Source: Candidatus Aminicenantes bacterium
GTDB lineage: Bacteria; Acidobacteriota; Aminicenantia; Aminicenantales; UBA8522
Direction: 5' to 3'
Length of the DNA stretch: 64,000 bases
NCBI GenBank assembly: GCA_963726335.1
Contig: CAVSCD010000004.1
Location: 472,904-536,903, forward strand
In this document: positions 28,355-38,063 of the stretch, piece after piece
Layout of the letters: every line of letters begins with the position of its first letter
Position numbering within the stretch: position 1 is the first letter of the stretch
The notes under the pieces: generated by a model
What the model saw: only the letters and a program-made list of their open reading frames with translations
The model's database searches: none
What the model was told of the DNA's origin: nothing
Made by a program: the position numbers and the translations under genes

Positions 28355-29242
28355 TCACGGCTCGAGAGGCCGGACCTTGAGGCTCCTGAACCAGACCGCG
28401 CTGCCGTGGTCCTGGAGCACGATGTGACCGGGGCGCCTGTCGGCGAACCCGGGGATGCTCTTGAACTTGCTCGCGGCGACCCGCGCCTCCATCTCGGGCG
28501 TTCCAAGGTCGAACTCGACGACCTTGGCGCCGTTGAGCCAATGCTCGCCGTGGCCGCCCCGGAAGACAACCCGGGAGGCGTTCCATTCGCCGACGGGTTT
28601 CGGCGTTTTGGGGCCGGCGGGCAAAAGGTCATAAAGGGAGGCGGTCGTCTGGTTCGGCAGGATGGCCGGTTCGTAACTCGCCGTATCGTCCAGGCACTGG
28701 TACTCGAAACCGATGGCGGAGTGTTGGGGCGCATGAGCCTTCGAGATGTCTTCGGAGACATTGTACTTGAGGCCGCTGTTCCCCGCGGCGCTGATCTTCC
28801 ACTCGAAGGTGAGGTCGAAATCCTGAAAGGCCGCCGTCGTCATCAGGTCGCCGCCCTGGACGGGCTGTCCGTCCGCCTGGCGTGGGACTTCGCCGCCGGC
28901 GAGCTTCCTGATCGTCTGGCCCTCGATCACCCAGTGGCCCTCTGGGATGCGATCGAGCCCGACGCCCCTCCAGCCTTCAAAATCGACGCCGTTCCAGAGG
29001 AGCGTCCAGCCGGCGGCCTTCTCCTCCTCGGTCAGCGTATTGACCGGGATCGCGGCGGAGGCCGTTGGGGGTTCGCCCGATTGAGGGCTTTCGGAAGGGG
29101 CGGCGGTTTCCTTTTGACCGCCGCAGGAAACGGCCAAAAGGGCCGCCAGGCAGGCCGTCGCGACCGCCAACGTCACGGTCCCGAGGGGCATCGGGCGGCG
29201 GGCGCGCGCTTGGCGCCGGGGGGTGTTCCTCGTCTGGGGCAT
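28355..29242 (-). CDS. DUF1080-domain protein (3-keto-disaccharide hydrolase / LamG-like jelly-roll), lipoprotein
   Basis: 'WTLLWNGVDFEGW', 'GNSGLKYN' and 'WLNGAKVVEFD' motifs are typical of DUF1080. A lipobox 'AVSCGG' is present. An AGGAGA SD precedes the ATG at 29242. Confidence 0.7.
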   Translation of the reverse strand: MPQTRNTPRRQARARRPMPLGTVTLAVATACLAALLAVSCGGQKETAAPSESPQSGEPPTASAAIPVNTLTEEEKAAGWTLLWNGVDFEGWRGVGLDRIPEGHWVIEGQTIRKLAGGEVPRQADGQPVQGGDLMTTAAFQDFDLTFEWKISAAGNSGLKYNVSEDISKAHAPQHSAIGFEYQCLDDTASYEPAILPNQTTASLYDLLPAGPKTPKPVGEWNASRVVFRGGHGEHWLNGAKVVEFDLGTPEMEARVAASKFKSIPGFADRRPGHIVLQDHGSAVWFRSLKVRPLEP

Positions 29243-29458
29243 GTTTATCTCTCCTTGGCGTGTATAATCGCAAAGCCCCGGAAAATAATCAATTAGACTG
29301 AAGGGCTTCCCCTCGAGAGGGGTCCCCGTCGGGCCAGACCAGCGCCGTGCCACCCATCACCAAGAAGGCATGCTGACTGTGGGAAGGGGCCAGCAGGTGA
29401 GAAAACTGTGGCAAAGTCAGGGGCGAGCCTGTATATTAGAAAAGAAAAAGGAGATCAC

Positions 29459-30340
29459 ATGGAAAGAGCTTCAGGGCGCGCGGAAAAGGACAGCCTCGGC
29501 AGGCGGGGTTTCATCAAGTCGGCCGCGCTGGGAATCGCGGCGGGACCGCTGGCCTGGAAGGCCGCGGATGGACGTTCCGCCGGCGGATCCGCCGCGGGCC
29601 CCGCTGCCCGGAGATTCCCGCTCGGCCTGGCCTCCTACACTCTCCGGGCGTTCGATCTCGGACAGGTCATCGGCATGTCGAAGCGGGTGGGACTCGACCG
29701 GATCGTCCTCAAGAGCATGCATCTGCCGCTCGAAAGCCCCGAGCCCGCGATCCGGGCGGCGGCCGATAAGGTCAGGGCCGCCGGGCTCGACCTTTACGGC
29801 TGCGGCGTCATTTACATGACCAACGAGGCGGAGGCCGAACAGGCCTTTCGCTATGCTCAGGCGGCCGGCATGAAGATGATCATCGGCGCGCCGGCACCCG
29901 AGATCCTCGACCTTGTGGACCGGAAGATCAAGGACACGGGCATCGCCGTGGCCATCCACAACCACGGCCCGGACAACAACCGCTATCCCACGCCGGTCGA
30001 TGCCTACGCGCTGATCAAAGGCCTCGACCCGCGTTTCGGCGTCTGCATCGACATCGGGCATACCCTGCGCGCCGGCCTGGACCCCGCCCAGGCGGCCGAG
30101 AGGTGCTCCGATCGCCTGCTCGACGTCCACATCAAGGATGTGACGGCGGCCTCGAAGGACGGCGAAACCGTCGAGATCGGCCGCGGGATCATCGACATCC
30201 CCGGTTTCATCCGAACCCTCGCCCGCCTGAAATACGCCGGCACGCTGTCCTTCGAATATGAAAAGGATGAAAAAGACCCCCTGCCGGGCCTCTCGGAATC
30301 CGTGGGCTATGTCAGGGGCGTGATGGCCGCGATGTCATGA
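29459..30340 (+). CDS. Sugar phosphate isomerase/epimerase (xylose-isomerase-like TIM barrel) with TAT signal
   Basis: 'GRRGFIKSAALGIAAGP' TAT motif. A TIM-barrel pattern with 'VAIHNHG' and 'DIGH' metal-ligand motifs is present. An AAGGAG SD is present. The stop overlaps the next gene's start (ATGA at 30337). Confidence 0.75.
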   Translation: MERASGRAEKDSLGRRGFIKSAALGIAAGPLAWKAADGRSAGGSAAGPAARRFPLGLASYTLRAFDLGQVIGMSKRVGLDRIVLKSMHLPLESPEPAIRAAADKVRAAGLDLYGCGVIYMTNEAEAEQAFRYAQAAGMKMIIGAPAPEILDLVDRKIKDTGIAVAIHNHGPDNNRYPTPVDAYALIKGLDPRFGVCIDIGHTLRAGLDPAQAAERCSDRLLDVHIKDVTAASKDGETVEIGRGIIDIPGFIRTLARLKYAGTLSFEYEKDEKDPLPGLSESVGYVRGVMAAMS

Positions 30341-31332
30341 CGATCGAAACGCGGGCCCACGCGCGGGCCGGGCTGTTGGGCAACCCCTCGGACGGCTACT
30401 TCGGCAAGATCATCGCCATCTCGGTCAAGAACTTCACCGCCCGTGCCTTCATCCGGGAGTCCGACACCCTCAGGATCGAACCTCCCGCCTGGGACGCGCC
30501 CGTCTATGCCGACGCCGGGGATTTCCGCGAGAAAATCCGGCTCTACGGCTACTACGGCGGAACGCGTCTGATCCAGGCCGCGGTCAAGGTCTTTTTCGAA
30601 CATTGTACAAAAGCGGGGCGACCGCTGCGGAAGGCCAATTTCACGATCGGCTACGACTCGGACATTCCGCGCCAGGTCGGACTGGGCGGCTCGAGCGCGA
30701 TCATCGTCGCCGCCATGCGGGGGCTGATGGAGTTCTACACCGCCGAGATCCCGGTTGAGATCCTGCCGACTCTTGTTCTCCAGGCCGAGCGCCAGGAGCT
30801 CGGCATCAACGCGGGTTTTATGGACAGGGTCGCCGAGGTCTACGAGGGATGCGTTTACATGGACCTCGACCGGCGCCTCATCGAAGCCCGGGGCTATGGC
30901 GAGTACGAGCGCCTCGACCACCTCCGCCTGCCCCCGCTCTACCTGGCCTACAAACCCGAGCTCGGAAAGGTCTCGGGCCAGCTCCTCAACGAGATCCGGG
31001 TCGCCTACGACAGGGGCGAGCCGTCGGTCATCGAGACCTTGGCCGAGATCGCCGCCACGGCGGGGCAGGGGAAAGAGGACTTCCGGCGCGGCGACTTCAG
31101 CCGCTGGCCGGCGCTCATGAACGCGAGCTTCGACCTCCGCAGCCGGATCCAGACGATCAGCGCCGCCAATTTGGAGCTGGTCCGGGCGGCGCGGGCCTGC
31201 GGCGCCTCGGCCAACTCCGCGGGCTCGGGGGGCTCGATCGTCGGGATCTACGACGGAGAGCCCATGTACGAGCGGCTCGTCGCCGCGCTCGGGAGCCTGG
31301 GCGCGATCGTCATCAAACCCCGGATCGCCTGA
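30337..31332 (+). CDS. GHMP-family sugar kinase
   Basis: 'GLLGNPSDGY' N-terminal motif. The GHMP ATP-binding motif 'PRQVGLGGSSAIIVAA' is present. It is translationally coupled to the isomerase-like gene. Confidence 0.7.
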   Translation: MTIETRAHARAGLLGNPSDGYFGKIIAISVKNFTARAFIRESDTLRIEPPAWDAPVYADAGDFREKIRLYGYYGGTRLIQAAVKVFFEHCTKAGRPLRKANFTIGYDSDIPRQVGLGGSSAIIVAAMRGLMEFYTAEIPVEILPTLVLQAERQELGINAGFMDRVAEVYEGCVYMDLDRRLIEARGYGEYERLDHLRLPPLYLAYKPELGKVSGQLLNEIRVAYDRGEPSVIETLAEIAATAGQGKEDFRRGDFSRWPALMNASFDLRSRIQTISAANLELVRAARACGASANSAGSGGSIVGIYDGEPMYERLVAALGSLGAIVIKPRIA

Positions 31333-31555
31333 CAAGCCTAAATCCTGACGGCTGTTCCCTACCTGTGAACGCCCTATTTTAGAACTCGGGGCCTGTCACG
31401 GCGGTCCCCCGGCGCCCGAACGGTCAGTCATGCTCTTCGGAATCGGCAGAGTTCACAACATCAAACGTTCGGTCGGCGGGGGGCCCCCACGCCGCGCCAC
31501 CCTAATCTAAGTTCATCGCGTTCACAGTGAGGAAGAGGCCCACTGGTTCCAGGGA

Positions 31556-31762
31556 CTAGTGTCCCGTCTCGTAAGTTCCTTTCCAAAGTCCTGTATATAG
31601 ACGGGACACTTCCAGGGGGGAGTCAAGCTCCCCCCTCGGCGTTTCGTTTCACTCCACTGACCCCTTGAGGGGAACGACGCCGTCCCCCTCAAACTCCCCC
31701 GCGGCGGTGCGTCTTTGTTGCTCTTTTATAAAGCCAAGTTATTTGCGAGACGCACCACTAGG
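31556..31762 (+). repeat. Structured ~205-bp intergenic repeat, copy 3
   Basis: Same element as 1010-1217. Termini are CTAGTG...CACTAGG. The four hairpins are intact. It sits between the GHMP kinase and the EF-G paralog. Confidence 0.8.
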
Positions 31763-31833
31763 AAATCAGCCGGTTTTGCGCTATAATTAGGGTCGTTCCC
31801 GCCAGGGTTTATAAAAATCACGGACCTTGAGAA

Positions 31834-33912
31834 ATGGATAAGCTTAGAAACATAGGTATCAGCGCCCACATCGATTCGGGTAAGACGACTTTGACCGAGC
31901 GCGTCCTCTTCTACTGTAAGAAGATCCACATGATGCACGAGGTCAAGGGCAAGGACGGCGTCGGGGCGACCATGGACTCGATGGACCTCGAGCGCGAGCG
32001 CGGGATCACCATCTCCTCGGCCGCCACCAATGTCACTTGGGCCGATCATGCCATCAACATCATCGATACGCCCGGCCACGTCGATTTCACGATCGAGGTG
32101 GAGCGGTCGCTTCGCGTCCTCGACGGCGCGGTCCTCGTCCTCTGTTCGGTCGGCGGAGTCCAGTCGCAGACGATCACCGTGGACCGCCAGCTCAAACGGT
32201 ACAAGGTCCCTTGCCTGGCTTTCGTCAATAAGCTCGACCGGGTGGGCGCCGACCCCTTGAGGGTCAAGGACCAGCTCGTCGGGCATCTGGGCCGCAAGGC
32301 CGTTCTGATGCAGATCCCCGTCGGCCTGGAAGACGCGCACCAGGGCGTCGTCGATATCGTCACTATGGAGGCGGTCTATTTCGACGGGACCCAGGGCGAG
32401 ATCATCCGCCGCGAGCCGATCCCGACCGAGCTCAGGCCGGCCGCCGAGAAGGCGCGCCACGACCTCCTCGACGCCGCCTCGTTGTTTTCCGACGAGCTGA
32501 CCGAAGCCATCCTCGAGGGCCGGGAGACATCCCGACAGATCCGCGAGGCCGTCCGGCGCGGCACGGTGGCGCGCGAGCTGATGCCCGTTTTCATGGGCTC
32601 GGCCTACAAGAACAAAGGAGTGCAGCTCCTCCTCGACGCCGCCGTCAACTACCTGCCCAACCCGGCCGAGGTCGAAAACACCGCCATTAACCTCGACGAT
32701 CCCCAGGCCGAGGTGAAGCTCAAATCCGACCCCGACGCCGAGACGGTCGCCCTGGCTTTCAAGCTCGAAGAAGGCGCTTACGGGCAGCTGACCTACATCC
32801 GTATCTACCAGGGCCGGATCCGCAAGGGCACGGAGCTCTACAACACGCGCTCCCGCCAGAAGTTCCGGGTGGGACGCCTGATCCGGATGCACGCCGACAG
32901 CATGGAGGAGATCGAGGAGGCCTCGGCCGGGGACATCACCGCCCTGTTCGGGATCGATTGCCAGTCGGGCGACACTTTCGTGACGCCGGGCCTCAACCTG
33001 GCCCTGTCCTCGATCTTCGTGCCCGAGCCCGTGATCTCGCTGGCGCTGACGCCGGCCGAGAAGAAATCCCAGGACAACATGGGCAAGGCGCTGAAGCGGT
33101 TCACCAAGGAGGACCCGACGTTCCGCGCGTTCGTCGATCCCGAATCCAAGCAGACCATCGTCCAGGGAATGGGGGAGCTCCACCTCGACGTCTACATCGA
33201 GCGGATGAAGCGCGAATATAACGTGGCCGTGAGCACGGGGATGCCCCAGGTCGCTTACCGCGAATCGATCGCCCACCGGACGGAGTTCGACTACGTCCAT
33301 AAGAAACAAACGGGCGGCGCCGGCCAGTTCGGCCGCGTCATCGGGGCTATCGAGCCGCTGCCCGATAAGACGTATGAGTTCGTCAACGACGTCCGGGGCG
33401 GCCGTATCCCGCGGGAGTACATTCCCGCCTGCGACAAGGGATTCCAGGCCGCCCTGAAAAAAGGGCGCTTGATCGGGTTCCCGATCACCGGCGTGCGGGT
33501 TACGCTCACCGACGGTCAATACCACGAGGTCGATTCCTCGGACATGGCCTTTCAGGCGGCGGCGCAAGGAGCCTTCTGGCAAGCCTACGCCAAGGCCAAG
33601 CCTTACGTTCTCGAGCCGGTCATGAAGCTTTCGGTCGAGGGACCGGCCGAGTACGTGGGCGTGATCTTCGGCAGCATCAACCAGCGCCGGGGACTGATCA
33701 TCAGCTCGGTTGAGGACGGGACGTTCGCCCGAGTCGATGCCGAGGTGCCGCTGAGCGAGATGTTCGGCTTCTCGACAGTCATCCGCAGCCTGACCCAGGG
33801 CAAGGCCGGGTTCACCATGGAGTTCCTGAAATACGCGCGGGTGCCCGCCCAGGTCGCCGAGGAACTCGTCGCCCTGCACAGGGAAAAGTCGGAGAAAGAC
33901 CACGAAAAATAG
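31834..33912 (+). CDS. fusA: Translation elongation factor G (EF-G) family GTPase, probable paralog (EF-G2-like)
   Basis: G1 motif '[12 protein letters not shown]', 'DTPGHVDF' and 'NKLD' are present. Full five-domain length of 692 aa. There are no ribosomal protein neighbours, suggesting a second copy. Confidence 0.85.
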   Translation: MDKLRNIGISAHIDSGKTTLTERVLFYCKKIHMMHEVKGKDGVGATMDSMDLERERGITISSAATNVTWADHAINIIDTPGHVDFTIEVERSLRVLDGAVLVLCSVGGVQSQTITVDRQLKRYKVPCLAFVNKLDRVGADPLRVKDQLVGHLGRKAVLMQIPVGLEDAHQGVVDIVTMEAVYFDGTQGEIIRREPIPTELRPAAEKARHDLLDAASLFSDELTEAILEGRETSRQIREAVRRGTVARELMPVFMGSAYKNKGVQLLLDAAVNYLPNPAEVENTAINLDDPQAEVKLKSDPDAETVALAFKLEEGAYGQLTYIRIYQGRIRKGTELYNTRSRQKFRVGRLIRMHADSMEEIEEASAGDITALFGIDCQSGDTFVTPGLNLALSSIFVPEPVISLALTPAEKKSQDNMGKALKRFTKEDPTFRAFVDPESKQTIVQGMGELHLDVYIERMKREYNVAVSTGMPQVAYRESIAHRTEFDYVHKKQTGGAGQFGRVIGAIEPLPDKTYEFVNDVRGGRIPREYIPACDKGFQAALKKGRLIGFPITGVRVTLTDGQYHEVDSSDMAFQAAAQGAFWQAYAKAKPYVLEPVMKLSVEGPAEYVGVIFGSINQRRGLIISSVEDGTFARVDAEVPLSEMFGFSTVIRSLTQGKAGFTMEFLKYARVPAQVAEELVALHREKSEKDHEK

Positions 33913-33927
33913 ACAGGAGTTCTCGTC

Positions 33928-34626
33928 ATGAACATGGAAGACCTGATCAGCCGGAGCCCGCTCAGGATCCTGGAGAACTCGATCCATGGGGGGCTGGGCA
34001 AGGGCAACATCGGGGTGCTGGCCTCGCGCAAAGGCGTGGGCAAGACCGCCTGCCTGGTGCACATCGCCACCGACAAACTCTTCCAGCGAAAAGCGATTGT
34101 TCATGTGTCCTACGCGAGCCGCGTGGACCACATCATCAGCTGGTATGAAGACATATTCCGCCAGTTGGCCCTGGGAGCGGAGCCCGGGGCCGCCGCCGAA
34201 CTTCACGACGAGCTGGTGAAGAACCGGGTCATCATGAACTTCAGTCAGGCGGGGATGAAGACCGAGCAGGTCCTAAGAAGCCTTGAAGCGTTGATCCAGG
34301 ACGGGAAGTTCCGCGCCGAGACGGTCATCGTCGATGGATTCAGCTTCACGGACGGGTCGGCGGAGGACGTCGCGCGGTTCAAGGAGTTCGCCGGACGGAT
34401 GGGGGTCGAGGTCTGGTTCAGCGCCTCGCTCTGGGGACTTGAGCCCCTGTTCGACGACCAGGGAATTCCCTTCGAGCTGGCCTGCTGCCTCGAGCACCTC
34501 GACGTCCTGATCACGCTCCATAACCTTAAGGACCGTGTCGAGATGAAGCTCGTCAAGGACAACGGCTACCCGGTTACGGGCGAGCTCGGGCTGAGCCTGG
34601 ACCCCAAGACCTTTCTGATCGCCTAG
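33928..34626 (+). CDS. KaiC/RecA-superfamily small ATPase (KaiC-like, single domain)
   Basis: Walker A-like 'ASRKGVGKTACLVHIA'. A hydrophobic-D Walker B candidate 'VIVDGFSF'. It starts 16 nt after the EF-G stop on the same strand. Confidence 0.5.
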   Translation: MNMEDLISRSPLRILENSIHGGLGKGNIGVLASRKGVGKTACLVHIATDKLFQRKAIVHVSYASRVDHIISWYEDIFRQLALGAEPGAAAELHDELVKNRVIMNFSQAGMKTEQVLRSLEALIQDGKFRAETVIVDGFSFTDGSAEDVARFKEFAGRMGVEVWFSASLWGLEPLFDDQGIPFELACCLEHLDVLITLHNLKDRVEMKLVKDNGYPVTGELGLSLDPKTFLIA

Positions 34627-34680
34627 CCGGATCCGGGGCTCGTTCCGCCGGGTACCGCACCGCTCGCTTCGACCGATCCG

Positions 34681-36018
34681 TCAGCCCCTGTTCAGCCAAC
34701 GCGTCTCGATCTCCTCCAGCGTCTTTCCCTTGGTCTCCGGGAGCACCGCCAGGATGAACACGAAATCGATGGCGCACATCGCGGCATAAATCCAGAAGGC
34801 CGTGCTCTCGTTCAACCGGTCGGAAATGACCGGGAAGGTCAGCGTCACGGCGAAATCCGCGGCCCAGAGGATGACCGTGGCCGCCGCCATGGCGCTGCCC
34901 CTCAGCCGCGTCGGGAAGATTTCGCTCATGATCACCCAGACGATCGGTCCCATGGCCATGGCGAAAAAGGCGATGTAAAGGAGGATCACGGCGAGGATCG
35001 CCGACCCGGGAAGGCTCCGGGCCTGCAAGGCGAACGCCAAAAGGACTTGGGAAACGCCCATGCCGGCGGCGGCGATGAGGAGGAGCGGCTTCCGTCCCAC
35101 CTTATCGACAAGCAAGATGGCGACGACGGTGAACAACAGGTTGACCAGGCCGACGATCGTCGACTGCCCGATGGCCGAGACGCGCTCGAACCCGGCGCCC
35201 TCGAAGATCCGGGGCGCGTAGTAGAGCACCGCGTTGATGCCGGTGATCTGCTGGAAGACCGCCAGGACGCAGGCGATGAGGAGCGGCCGGCGGAACCCCG
35301 TCGTCCGGAAAAGCTCCCCGAAAGACCCCCGCTCGAGCCGCAGCGCTTCCTTGATGCTCCGGATTTCGACGGCGGCCGTTTCGGGATTCTCGACCCGGGC
35401 CAGGATGCGCTCGGCCTCGGCCTCACGGCCGCGCTTGACCAGCCAGCGCGGGCTCTCGGGGACGCCGAAGAGAAGGGCAAAGAAGACGGCCGCGGGCACC
35501 GTCCCCGCGCCGTACATCCAGCGCCAGTTCGACGGCCCGAACCCGGCGAAGGCCCAGTTGACAAAATAGGCCAGCAGGATCCCCGAGACGATCGCCAGCT
35601 GGTTGACCGAGACCAGCGCCCCGCGGATCCGGGCGGGAGAGATCTCGGCGATGTAGAGCGGCGCCAGGATCGAGGCCGAGCCGATCCCCAGCCCGCCGAC
35701 GAACCTGAAGATGACGAACTCCGTGATATTCCGGGGAAGGGCGCAGCCGACGGCCGAGACGAAGAACAGCACGGCGGAGACGAGCATGAACCGGCGGCGG
35801 CCGATCCTGTCCGAAGCGATCCCGGCCAGGCCGGCACCGAACATGCAGCCGATCAGGACGACGCTCACGGCCCAGCCCTCCTGGAGCGAGGTCAGGGCGA
35901 ACTGGTCCTTGAGATAGCGCGTCGCTCCGGCGACGATGGCCGTGTCGAACCCGAAGAGCAGGCCGCCGATGGCGGCCACGACAGTCACGAAGATCACATA
36001 GCCCCTGGCATTTTTCAT
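34681..36018 (-). CDS. MFS sugar porter family transporter (sugar:H+ symporter)
   Basis: 'GGLLFGFDTAIVAGA' and 'VDKVGRKPLLL' sugar-porter signatures. 12-TM profile. The ATG at 36018 (MKNARG) is preferred over the GTG at 36033. Confidence 0.85.
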   Translation of the reverse strand: MKNARGYVIFVTVVAAIGGLLFGFDTAIVAGATRYLKDQFALTSLQEGWAVSVVLIGCMFGAGLAGIASDRIGRRRFMLVSAVLFFVSAVGCALPRNITEFVIFRFVGGLGIGSASILAPLYIAEISPARIRGALVSVNQLAIVSGILLAYFVNWAFAGFGPSNWRWMYGAGTVPAAVFFALLFGVPESPRWLVKRGREAEAERILARVENPETAAVEIRSIKEALRLERGSFGELFRTTGFRRPLLIACVLAVFQQITGINAVLYYAPRIFEGAGFERVSAIGQSTIVGLVNLLFTVVAILLVDKVGRKPLLLIAAAGMGVSQVLLAFALQARSLPGSAILAVILLYIAFFAMAMGPIVWVIMSEIFPTRLRGSAMAAATVILWAADFAVTLTFPVISDRLNESTAFWIYAAMCAIDFVFILAVLPETKGKTLEEIETRWLNRG

Positions 36019-36267
36019 GCTCGGCCCTCGCACGTCAAGATTTCAGGCAATAAGGCCTCACATCTTATCAAGAATCGGGCGACTTTTAAAATCACAGGGA
36101 ACTCTTCTGCCGGCCGGGATTTTTTCGCCGGAGGCTATCGGAAGATGAGGCTGCGTCGATGCCGCACGCGAATCGAGTGTGGGTTGCCTGGATCAGGCCG
36201 ACGGCAGCCGATCACTCTTGTCGCAAACCGCGCTAACCACACTTTTCGTCACAGATCCTCCCGGCAA

Positions 36268-36296
36268 TTGACAGGGGAGGAGGGGGTTGATAGATT
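36268..36296 (+). promoter_or_regulatory. Putative sigma-70 promoter (TTGACA-N17-TAGATT followed by GGG) for the M64 peptidase gene
   Basis: TTGACA at 36268-36273, a 17-nt spacer, and TAGATT at 36291-36296. It lies ~40 nt upstream of the ATG at 36337. Same motif as at 16197. Confidence 0.4.
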
Positions 36297-36336
36297 GGGG
36301 CCTGACCGCTCGATGAACGATTCGAAGGAGGCGGCG

Positions 36337-37851
36337 ATGTCTCACCGCGCCCGTTGGCTGGTTCCGGCGCTATTACTCTTGAGCTTTCCTTTCTTGATCG
36401 GAAACGTTTCCCAGCCAGTACCTGGCACACCCGAGGAAGCGCCCGCGTTTGACGATTTCTTCATCGACAAGGCTGTGCGGCTCGACCTCTTTATGACCGG
36501 GAATGCCGTGGAGCAGTTCATCACGGTCGACCGGATCGTCCAGGAGGCCAACTGGCCGGAGAGCCGAACGGCCCTTCTCGACCCGTTCAACAACGGCCGG
36601 TACGGGATCAAGGTCTACGACATCGCCTCGAACCAACTGACCTACTCCCGCGGGTTCGACACCATGCTGGGCGAATACCGGACGACGGCCCCCGCCCTCG
36701 CCGGCGTCAAGAGAGTGTTCCGCCGTTCCGTCCGCTTCCCGTTCCCAAAACACAAAGTGCTCGCCGTCATCGAGGCCCGCGACAAGCAGAACCTGCCCCG
36801 GGAGATCTTCCGGACGGAGATCGACCCCGACGATTATCACATCATCAGGGAAGCCGCGCCGCTCGAGGATCCCGTATATGAAACCTTGGACAGCGGCGAC
36901 CCGCACGAAAAGGTGGACGTCGTTTTCCTGGCGGAAGGATATATCGCCGAGGACCTGGCCAAGTTCAAGGCCGATGTCGACCGGTTCTCCGGGTTCCTGT
37001 TCGCCGTTGAACCTTACAAAAGCCTGAAGCCGAAGTTCAATGTCCGCGGCGTTTTCCGGGCGTCCGCGGAGCGCGGTACGGATGAGCCGCGTCAGGGCGC
37101 GTTCAAGAAAACCGCCCTCAACACGGCTTTTAACGCTTTCGACCTCGACCGCTACATGCTCTGCGAAGACGGACACCGGTTCCGGGAAATGGCGGCGCAG
37201 GTCCCTTACGATGTCATCGTCATCCTGGTCAACAGCCAGCGCTACGGCGGCGGCGGAATCTATAACGACTACTGCGCCACGACCGTCGACAACGAGAGGA
37301 GCCCGGGCGTTTTTGTCCACGAGTTCGGGCACGCCTTCGGCGGCCTGGCCGATGAGTACTACGCCTCCGAAGTCTCCTACAACGATTTCTACCCCAAGGG
37401 CGTCGAGCCGCTGGAACCGAACATCACGGCGCTCCTCGACCCCGCGCGGCTGAAATGGCGGGACCTGGTGCCGCCCGGGACCTTGATTCCCACGGACTGG
37501 GGAAAGGAGAAGATCGAGGCCCTGCAAGCCGAAAGACAGAAGCTGCGGCTGGACATGAAAAACGAGCTCGAAGCCGCCAGGCGGAAGGGGCTCAAGGAGC
37601 CCGAGGTCAAAAAGCTCCAGGCGAAGTTCGAGGCCATGGTCAAAGAGAACGCCGGGGCACTCGAGGCCGTCAGAAAGCAGTACGCGCCCATGGAGGACAA
37701 GGTCGGCGCCTTCGAGGGAGCGGGCTATTCCGCCAAAGGGCTCTACCGGCCCATGATCTATTGCCTCATGATCTCGAGCCCGAAGAACGAATTCTGCCGG
37801 GTCTGCCAGCAGGCCCTCCGCCGCATGATCGATTATTACGCCGGGGAATAG
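36337..37851 (+). CDS. Peptidase M64 (IgA-peptidase-like) family zinc metalloprotease, secreted, C-terminal coiled-coil
   Basis: 'VHEFGHAFGGLADEY' HExxH zinc motif. 'IVILVNSQRYGGGGIYNDY' is typical of M64. Signal peptide present. A GAAGGAGG SD is present. The six-frame ORF extends spuriously upstream (antisense to the MFS gene). Confidence 0.75.
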   Translation: MSHRARWLVPALLLLSFPFLIGNVSQPVPGTPEEAPAFDDFFIDKAVRLDLFMTGNAVEQFITVDRIVQEANWPESRTALLDPFNNGRYGIKVYDIASNQLTYSRGFDTMLGEYRTTAPALAGVKRVFRRSVRFPFPKHKVLAVIEARDKQNLPREIFRTEIDPDDYHIIREAAPLEDPVYETLDSGDPHEKVDVVFLAEGYIAEDLAKFKADVDRFSGFLFAVEPYKSLKPKFNVRGVFRASAERGTDEPRQGAFKKTALNTAFNAFDLDRYMLCEDGHRFREMAAQVPYDVIVILVNSQRYGGGGIYNDYCATTVDNERSPGVFVHEFGHAFGGLADEYYASEVSYNDFYPKGVEPLEPNITALLDPARLKWRDLVPPGTLIPTDWGKEKIEALQAERQKLRLDMKNELEAARRKGLKEPEVKKLQAKFEAMVKENAGALEAVRKQYAPMEDKVGAFEGAGYSAKGLYRPMIYCLMISSPKNEFCRVCQQALRRMIDYYAGE

Positions 37852-38063
37852 ACCCTTGGGGGCGGCGAATGCCAAATGCCTGCACCTTGACGTCCCGTGG
37901 CTTCAAGTCGCGGGCTTCGCGTTGCCGCGTTTCATTGCCTTGGGAATGGTCACCGGGTTATCGGGAAAAACGTTTTGGGATGCGCAATTTGAGAAAGGTG
38001 GCGCGATATCGGCAATAGCTTGTTGCCTCTTGGCTTTCAAGGCAGCAAAACAGGAGGCTTGGT

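Noticed and set aside
31726-34206. 826-aa minus-strand ORF
   Set aside because: Antisense to the EF-G paralog, which has canonical GTPase motifs.
35047-36336. N-terminal 430 codons of the six-frame ORF 35047-37851
   Set aside because: This part is antisense to the MFS sugar porter. The real M64 peptidase starts at the SD-preceded ATG at 36337 with a signal peptide.
36373-37875. 500-aa minus-strand ORF
   Set aside because: Antisense to the M64 peptidase gene.
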